Below are positions 57,854-64,000 of a stretch of DNA of 64,000 nt, piece after piece. Under the pieces are notes generated by a model. That model was not told where the DNA came from, did not search any database, and saw only the letters and a program-made list of their open reading frames with translations. Made by a program: the position numbers and the translations under genes. Source of the stretch: an uncultured Solirubrobacterales bacterium (GTDB lineage Bacteria > Actinomycetota > Thermoleophilia > Solirubrobacterales > Solirubrobacteraceae); contig CAWCMG010000017.1 in the NCBI GenBank assembly GCA_963796575.1, forward strand, positions 245,234 to 309,233, written 5' to 3'. The stretch's first letter is position 1. Each line of letters opens with the position of its first letter.

Positions 57854-59263
57854 TTAGCTGCCGGGAGTCCAGAGCTGTCCGGAGGGTGGGCGGGTTCCTG
57901 TGTCACCCGCCGCCTCCTTGCCCGGCGTCCAGATCTTCTGGCGGGCCTTGGCCTGCTCGACGCTGATCGGCTTCGCCTCGGCCACCAGCAGCTCGATCGC
58001 CTGGCGCGTCGCGACCTCGCGCCGCGCCCGGTCGAGACGGCCGCTGGACTGAAGCTGCTCGAACAGCTTCTCCGCGGTCGTCCCCTGCCGTTCCGCCGAT
58101 GGCTCGAGCGCCTCGGTGACCTGCTCGTCGGTCGGCTCGATCCCCTCGGCGTCGACGATCGCCGTCAGCACTGCCTCCCGCTTGAGTGCAGCCGCGGCCT
58201 CAGGCTCGGCCTCGTGCGCGAGCGCCTCCTCGTCCCGCCCGGTGATCCGCAGGTACGCCTCCTTCGAGACGCCCTGGCGAGCCAGCACTGCGAACGTGTC
58301 CTCGAGCAGCTCGTGCGCGCGGGCATGGATCAGCCTGTCGGGCACCTCGACCTCGGCCTCGGCCACCGCCGCCTCGACCACCGCATCCTCGTACTCGCGT
58401 TCGAGTGCGCGCGCGTCGACCTTCTGGAGGCGCTCGCCGATGTCCTCGCGCAGCTCCGCGAGCGTGTCGAAGCCGGCGGCCTCGGACGCGAAGTCGTCGT
58501 CGGGCTCGGGCAGGTTCTTGGCCTTGACCTCGTTGACCGTGACCGCGAACTGCGCCTCCTTGCCCGCCAGCTCCGGAGCCGGATAGTCATCGGGGAACGT
58601 GACCGTGACCGTTCGCTCCTCGCCTGCGCTCGCGCCCGCCAGCTGCTCCTCGAATCCGGGCACGAGCCGGCCCGAGCCGAGCTCCACGAGCTGATCGCGG
58701 CCGGCGCCTCCCTCAAATTCCTCTCCGTCGACGGTGCCCACGTAGTCGATCACCGCGTGGTCGCCGTTCGCGGCGGGGCGCTCCACCGTGTCGAGCGTCG
58801 CCAGCCGGTCGCGCAGCCGGTCGATCTCCTCGTCGATCTGGGCATCCTCGACCTGCGGCTCGCGGCGGCCGACCTCGAGTCCCTTGTACTCGCCGAGCTT
58901 GGCGGTCGGGCGGACCCCGATCTCGATCGAGAACGCCAGCGGCTGCCCCTCCTGGGGCATGTCGCCCACGTCGAGCTCGGGCTCGCCTACCGGGGCGATC
59001 CCGGCGCCGTCGATCGCGTCCGCGTACCAGCTCCCGAGCGCGCTCCTGACCGCCTCGTCGAGGACCGCGTCGCGGCCGAGCCGGCGGATCACCACCGGGG
59101 GCGGAACCTTGCCCTTGCGGAATCCGGGTATGCGCATCTGGCGGCCGAGCTCGCGCGCGGCCTGCTGGACGCGCCGCTCGACCTCCTCGGGGGCGACTTC
59201 CGCCTCGACGCGCACGCGCGACTCGGGCAGCTCGGTGACGCTGGTCTTGACGCTGTTGGCCAT
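57854..59263 (-). CDS. tig: Trigger factor
   Basis: 469 aa. Ribosome-binding signature GFRKGKVP, an FKBP-type middle domain, and tig-clpP-clpX synteny. Confidence 0.95.
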   Translation of the reverse strand: MANSVKTSVTELPESRVRVEAEVAPEEVERRVQQAARELGRQMRIPGFRKGKVPPPVVIRRLGRDAVLDEAVRSALGSWYADAIDGAGIAPVGEPELDVGDMPQEGQPLAFSIEIGVRPTAKLGEYKGLEVGRREPQVEDAQIDEEIDRLRDRLATLDTVERPAANGDHAVIDYVGTVDGEEFEGGAGRDQLVELGSGRLVPGFEEQLAGASAGEERTVTVTFPDDYPAPELAGKEAQFAVTVNEVKAKNLPEPDDDFASEAAGFDTLAELREDIGERLQKVDARALEREYEDAVVEAAVAEAEVEVPDRLIHARAHELLEDTFAVLARQGVSKEAYLRITGRDEEALAHEAEPEAAAALKREAVLTAIVDAEGIEPTDEQVTEALEPSAERQGTTAEKLFEQLQSSGRLDRARREVATRQAIELLVAEAKPISVEQAKARQKIWTPGKEAAGDTGTRPPSGQLWTPGS

Positions 59264-59293
59264 GGTGGTCGTGCGAGACGATAGCTTGGGCGG

Positions 59294-59431
59294 GTGCTTT
59301 CACGGGTTGCAGGCCGGCTGATCACCGGACCGGGCGCGTTCTTCGTCGCCGGCCTGATCGACGTGAGCGTGCTGCTGGTGGCCTACCTCCGCTGGCGAGC
59401 CGGGGCGCGCGGCCCTATTCCGCCATCGTGA
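59294..59431 (+). CDS. Hypothetical 45-aa membrane peptide (speculative)
   Basis: A GTG start opens VLSRVAGRLITGPGAFFVAGLIDVSVLLVAYLRWRAGARGPIPPS. GC3 is high through the hydrophobic core. It overlaps the convergent gdh 3' end by 17 nt and has no clear SD. Confidence 0.2.
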   Translation: MLSRVAGRLITGPGAFFVAGLIDVSVLLVAYLRWRAGARGPIPPS

Positions 59432-62400
59432 CCGAGCCCATCCCAGTCGGCACGCCCGACCTGATCGTTCCCCGGAGGAGGCCGCGGATCTCCCGCAGCG
59501 CCACCGGCAAGGTCGTCATGTCATAGATCCGCGACGCCCTCACGTCGGCCACCATCCCGAGCGCCCGCTCGACCGCCGCGGCGTTGCGCTCAGACCACGC
59601 GTCGATCGCGGCCTCACTGCCGTTCTGCGCCCCGCGAGCGTCGAGCACCTTGCGGGTCAGCTCCCGGTACAGGTTGAACAGGTCGTCGCGGAGCGCCGCG
59701 CGGGCCAGCGCCTGCCAGCGGTTTGCGCGCGGCAGCTCGATGATCCGGTCGCGCAGCCAGTTGAGCTCCAGCCGCGAGCCGAGCCGGAAGTACACCCGCA
59801 GCACGTCGTCCTGATCGTGCTCGGTCGCGGAGGCCACCTCGACGATGTCGAACAGCGCGAGCATCGACGGCATTCCGGCGGTCCGCCCGGCGAGCTCGGC
59901 GGGAACGCCGGCCTGCTGCAGCTCCGCCGCCCGCTTGTCGAACGCCTCGCGGTCCGCGCCTTCGAGCGCGTCGGGCAGCAATGCGGCGAGCATCTTCGCA
60001 CCGGGCTCGAAGCGCCTGATCGTCTGGGCGATGCTGACCTGGTAGGGGTTGGCGCGGACGAGCCAGCGGGTCGAGCGCTCGACGAGGCGCCGGCCCTCGA
60101 TCAGCATCTCGAGCTGGGTCTGAGCGGACACTTGGTTGTCGAGTCCTTCGACCGCGTCCCAGAACGAGCGCATCTCGAGCACCTCGCGCGCGGTCGCGTA
60201 CGCCCGCGCAAGCACTGCGGGCGGCGCACCCGTCTCCTCGGCGAGCCGGAACGAGAACGTCGTGCCGGCGCGGTCGACGAGCTGGTTGGCGACGACCGTG
60301 GCGATGATCTCGCGCTTCAGGCGGTGGCCTCCCATCCGGTCCGAGTAGCGCTCCGGCAGCGGTGGCGGGAAGTACCGCTCGAGATCGTGGGCCAGCAACG
60401 GATCCTCGGGCAGGTCGGACTCGAGCAGCTGCTGGTAGAGGTGGATCTTCTGGTAGGCCATGATCACCGCCAGCTCGGGCGACACCAGCCCCTGGTGAGC
60501 GGCCTTGCGCTCGTCGATCGCGTCGTCGCTGGGCAGGAACTCGAGCTTGCGGTTCAGCCCCGCGGTCTGTTCGAGGTTCCGGATCAGCCGAGCATGGACG
60601 TCGACCATCGGCGCGGCCTGCGCCAGCGCGAGGCTGATCGCCTGCGTCTGCGTGTAGCTGCCGTACAGGACCTGTTCGCCGACCGCGTCGGTCATCTCGA
60701 CCAGCAGCTCGTTGCGCTGCTTCTCGGTCAGGTCGCCGTCCGCGACCAGTCCGTCGAGCAGGATCTTGATGTTGACCTCGTGGTCTGAGCAGTTGACCCC
60801 GGCGACGTTGTCGATCGCGTCGGTGATGATCCGTCCGCCCTTGCTCTCGGGGCCGCCGCTGAGGGCGTACTCGATCCGCGCCCGTTGCGTGACCCCGAGG
60901 TTGCCGCCCTCGCCGACGACCTTGCAGCGCAGCTCGCGCGCGTCGACCCGCACCGCGTCGTTGGCCTTGTCGCCGACGTCCGCGTGGGACTCGGTGGACG
61001 CCTTCACATAGGTGCCGATGCCGCCGTTGTACAGCAGGTCGACCTGTGCCTTGAGGATCGCGTGGACCAGGTCGTTGGGCGCGAGCCGCTCCTCCTCGAT
61101 CCCGAGCGCCTCGCGGACCTGGGGCGAGAGCTGGATCGACTTCGCCGCGCGCGAGTGGATGCCGCCGCCGTCGGAGATCAGCGACTCGTCGTAGTCGCTC
61201 CAGGCCGAGCGCGGCAGGTCGAACAGACGCCTGCGCTCGTTGTAGCTTGCCTCCGGATCCGGGTCGGGATCGAGGAACACGTGCATGTGGTTGAACGCGG
61301 CCAGCAGCTTGGTGTGGCGCGAGCACAGCATTCCGTTGCCGAACACGTCCCCCGACATGTCGCCGATCCCGACCGCGGTGAAGTCCGTCGTCTGGATGTC
61401 GGTCCCGAGCTCGCGGAAATGGCGCTTGACCGACTCCCATGCTCCGCGCGCGGTGATCCCCATCTTCTTGTGGTCGTAGCCTTGCGAGCCGCCCGAGGCG
61501 AACGCATCTCCCAGCCAGAAGCCGTAGTCGGCCGAGACCCCGTTGGCGATGTCGCTGAACGCCGCCGTGCCCTTGTCCGCGGCGACCACCAGGTACGGGT
61601 CGTCCCCGTCGTAGCGGATCACCCGCTTGGGCGGAACGACCTCACCCTCGACGATGTTGTCGGTGATGTCGAGCATCCCCGACAGGAACGCCTTGTAGCA
61701 GGCGATGCCTTCGTTCAGCAGCGCCTCTCGTCCACCTTCCGCAGGGGGCCGTTTCACCACGAACCCGCCCTTCGCCCCGACCGGGACGATCAGGGCGTTC
61801 TTGACCATCTGCGCCTTCATCAGCCCGAGCACCTCGGTCCGGAAGTCCTCGGGCCGGTCCGACCAGCGGATGCCGCCGCGGGCTACGCGGCCGCCGCGCA
61901 GATGCACCGCCTCGACTCGCGGCGAGTACACGAAGATCTCGAACTGCGGCACCGGCAGTGGCAGCACCGGGATGTGGGCGCTATCGAGCTTGAACGACAG
62001 GTACGGGTGGGGCTTGCCGTCGCGGTCGGTCTGGAAGGTGTTGGTGCGGACGATGGCCCGGACCACCGACAGGAAGCTCCGGAGGATTCGATCCTGGTCG
62101 AGGCTGGGAACGGCGTCGAGCGCCTCCTCGATCTCCTTTCCGAGCCGCACCGAGGCATCCTCGTCGTGGGCGTCGGGATCGAGCCTCGCGTCGAACAACC
62201 TGATCAGGAGCCGAACGATCGCTGGATGGCCGAGCAGCGTGCGCCCGATGTAGGAGTCCGAGAAGCCGATGCCGCCCTGGCGCAGGTACTTGGCGACGGC
62301 GCGGATGATCGATACCTGCCGTCCGGTCAGGGTGGCGCCGAGCACCAGTCCGTTCAGGACGTCGTCCTCGAGCTCGCCCCGCCACACGCCCAGGAACGTG

Positions 62401-64000
62401 TCGTGGAGCAGGTCGCGAACCCGCTCGATGTTCTCAGCATCCGCTTGCAGACCGAAGTCGTAGATCCACACCGAGCCACGATCGGCCGGCGTGATCTCGT
62501 AGGGACGCTCGTCGGCCACCTTCGCGCCGAGGTGCTCGAGTGTCGGCAGGACCTCGGACAGCAGCACCCCGCCGGAGCTGAACAGCTTCAGGCGCACGAT
62601 CCCCTCAGGCGACTCGAGCGGGCGGTACAAGCTCGTGATCGGCTCGTCCGTGGCCGCGAGCTCCTCAACCCGGCCGATGTCCGCGACCGCCGAGCGCGCC
62701 ACCCAGTCGGACTTGTAGCCGGCCGGGAACGCGCGCTCGTAGCGCTTGAACAGCCTGATGCCGTCCTCCTCGCCGTGCTCGTCGATCAGCGCCTCGCGTA
62801 GCTCGTCCTCCCAGGCGCGGATCGTCTGGACCAGGCGGGCCTCGATCGTCGCCACGTCGTAGGCGGTGACCGGGTCCTCGCCGAGGCGGATGATGTAGTG
62901 GACGCGCGCGAGCCGCGACTCGCTCAGCTGCAGCGTCCAATCGAGCGCCACCCCACCGAGCGCCTCGAGCATGATCCTGCCGACCCGCTCCCGGTTCTCG
63001 GTGTTGAAGCGGTCCCGCGGGATGCACACCAGGCACTCCACGAACCGCTCGAGCGGGTCCCGCCACACGAACAGCCTCAGCCGCTGGCGCTCGCCCAAGC
63101 CGAGGATCCCGATCGCCAAGTCGTACAACTCTCGTGTCTCCATCTGGAACAGCGAGTCGCGCGTGTATGACTCGAGGATCTCGAGCAGCGCCTTGCGGTC
63201 GTGGCTGGCCGGCGGGAACTCGGCCCGCTCCAGCACCCCTTCGACCTTGCCGCGGATGATCGGGATCGACCGCGGGCTCGCCTTGTACGCGCGCGTCGTG
63301 TATAGGCCGAGGAAGCGGCGCTCGCCGATCACCTGACCGTCCTCGGAGTACTTCTTGACGCCGATGTAGTCGAGGTACGCGGGCCGGTGGACGGGAGAGG
63401 CGGAGTTGGCCTTGGTCAGGAGCAGGATCTGCGGCTCGCGGCCTACGGCGAGCGCCTTGCCACTCAGGGTCTTTGGCGCCTTGGCGGGAACGCCGCGGAG
63501 GATCCCGAGCCCCGAGCCCTCGATCGGCCGCAGCCGCGCCTGGTCCCCTTCGTCGATGAGGTCGTACTCCCTGTAGCCGAGGAACGTGAAGTTGTCCTCG
63601 TTCAGCCACGCCAGGAATGCCTTGGTCTCCTCGACGAGCGCGGGGTCCACCGGCGGCGGCGGATTGCGGTCGAGCTCCTCAATCAAGGACTGGGCGACCG
63701 AGCGCATCTCCTGCCAGTCCTCGACCGCGGCGCGGACGTCGGACAGGACTTGCTCGATGGCGTGGCGCAGCTGGTCGAGCTTGGCGCGGTCGTGTTCGCG
63801 CCCGACCTCGATGTGGACGACCGACTCGCGGATCGCGTCATCGTCGGGGGCGTCGTGGTCGAGCACCTCGGTTATGTGGCCCTCGGCGTCGCGGCTGACC
63901 CGGATGACGGGATGAATCACGAGGTCGATCCCGTAGCCGAGCCGCCCCAGCTGCATCGTCACCGAGTCGACGATGAACGGCATGTCGTCGGTCACGATCT
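59415..64000 (-). CDS. gdhB: NAD-specific glutamate dehydrogenase, large (~180 kDa, GdhB/Bac_GDH) class; the N-terminus lies beyond the window end
   Basis: More than 1526 aa are open to the window edge. Its size, the catalytic-core region (GGIRWSDRPEDFRTEVLGLMKAQMVKNALIVPVGAKGGFV...GPDYGTTAADM-like ADKGTAAFSD) and the long helical flanks match the large NAD-GDH family. Confidence 0.9.
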   Translation of the reverse strand, partial: IVTDDMPFIVDSVTMQLGRLGYGIDLVIHPVIRVSRDAEGHITEVLDHDAPDDDAIRESVVHIEVGREHDRAKLDQLRHAIEQVLSDVRAAVEDWQEMRSVAQSLIEELDRNPPPPVDPALVEETKAFLAWLNEDNFTFLGYREYDLIDEGDQARLRPIEGSGLGILRGVPAKAPKTLSGKALAVGREPQILLLTKANSASPVHRPAYLDYIGVKKYSEDGQVIGERRFLGLYTTRAYKASPRSIPIIRGKVEGVLERAEFPPASHDRKALLEILESYTRDSLFQMETRELYDLAIGILGLGERQRLRLFVWRDPLERFVECLVCIPRDRFNTENRERVGRIMLEALGGVALDWTLQLSESRLARVHYIIRLGEDPVTAYDVATIEARLVQTIRAWEDELREALIDEHGEEDGIRLFKRYERAFPAGYKSDWVARSAVADIGRVEELAATDEPITSLYRPLESPEGIVRLKLFSSGGVLLSEVLPTLEHLGAKVADERPYEITPADRGSVWIYDFGLQADAENIERVRDLLHDTFLGVWRGELEDDVLNGLVLGATLTGRQVSIIRAVAKYLRQGGIGFSDSYIGRTLLGHPAIVRLLIRLFDARLDPDAHDEDASVRLGKEIEEALDAVPSLDQDRILRSFLSVVRAIVRTNTFQTDRDGKPHPYLSFKLDSAHIPVLPLPVPQFEIFVYSPRVEAVHLRGGRVARGGIRWSDRPEDFRTEVLGLMKAQMVKNALIVPVGAKGGFVVKRPPAEGGREALLNEGIACYKAFLSGMLDITDNIVEGEVVPPKRVIRYDGDDPYLVVAADKGTAAFSDIANGVSADYGFWLGDAFASGGSQGYDHKKMGITARGAWESVKRHFRELGTDIQTTDFTAVGIGDMSGDVFGNGMLCSRHTKLLAAFNHMHVFLDPDPDPEASYNERRRLFDLPRSAWSDYDESLISDGGGIHSRAAKSIQLSPQVREALGIEEERLAPNDLVHAILKAQVDLLYNGGIGTYVKASTESHADVGDKANDAVRVDARELRCKVVGEGGNLGVTQRARIEYALSGGPESKGGRIITDAIDNVAGVNCSDHEVNIKILLDGLVADGDLTEKQRNELLVEMTDAVGEQVLYGSYTQTQAISLALAQAAPMVDVHARLIRNLEQTAGLNRKLEFLPSDDAIDERKAAHQGLVSPELAVIMAYQKIHLYQQLLESDLPEDPLLAHDLERYFPPPLPERYSDRMGGHRLKREIIATVVANQLVDRAGTTFSFRLAEETGAPPAVLARAYATAREVLEMRSFWDAVEGLDNQVSAQTQLEMLIEGRRLVERSTRWLVRANPYQVSIAQTIRRFEPGAKMLAALLPDALEGADREAFDKRAAELQQAGVPAELAGRTAGMPSMLALFDIVEVASATEHDQDDVLRVYFRLGSRLELNWLRDRIIELPRANRWQALARAALRDDLFNLYRELTRKVLDARGAQNGSEAAIDAWSERNAAAVERALGMVADVRASRIYDMTTLPVALREIRGLLRGTIRSGVPTGMGSVTMAE

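Noticed and set aside
60885-62801. A 638-aa plus-strand ORF, together with 59817..60788 (323 aa).
   Set aside because: Both are antisense to the large NAD-glutamate dehydrogenase gene and have the same compositional artefact.

Overview
This is a very GC-rich, tightly packed bacterial chromosome segment with actinobacterial-type gene order. I call about 60 protein genes. More than three quarters are on the minus strand, and many are joined by ATGA/GTGA stop-start overlaps. The content is mostly housekeeping: marR-MFS, era-ybeY-phoH-yqeY-mtaB, prmA-dnaJ-hrcA, HadAB-like dehydratases, an ABC-2 exporter, arsR-SRPBCC, lepA, murJ, rpsT, holA, leuS, one tRNA-Ala(GGC), a CBS-pyrophosphatase, rsfS-nadD-proA-proB, obg, rpmA-rplU-rne, rodA-mrdA-mreDCB, maf, ndk, folC, valS, clpX-clpP-tig, and a large NAD-glutamate dehydrogenase that runs off the right edge. 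I found no rRNA, CRISPR array, transposase, integrase or recognisable defence operon, and no convincing novel multi-gene system. The observations most worth a second look are these. (1) A modular family of structured intergenic repeats (REP/MITE-like) occurs at 13.4, 17.5 and 40.8 kb. (2) An intact J domain sits six codons after the in-frame TGA of a DUF1707 membrane protein and has no canonical start codon; murJ and an antitoxin remnant likewise offer only CTG. (3) A tail-anchored protein carries 23 uninterrupted RDxA[LIV]xx heptads. (4) A coiled-coil protein ends in an FtsZ-C-terminal-like DDLDVPEFI peptide, and its 3' end is tandemly duplicated. (5) tRNA-Ala is flanked by a lower-GC PD-(D/E)XK gene lacking its own stop codon and by a decayed Phd/YefM antitoxin. 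(6) Two accessory islets interrupt the conserved rpmA-obg-proB cluster: a translationally coupled pair of secreted beta-helix paralogues, and SDR/DUF559/mscL. (7) Several hairpin or tandem-repeat arrays lie in otherwise minimal intergenic spaces. Many long ORFs in the supplied track are antisense or out-of-frame artefacts of the GC content and were rejected. Functional calls rest on motif recognition by eye, not on database searches.
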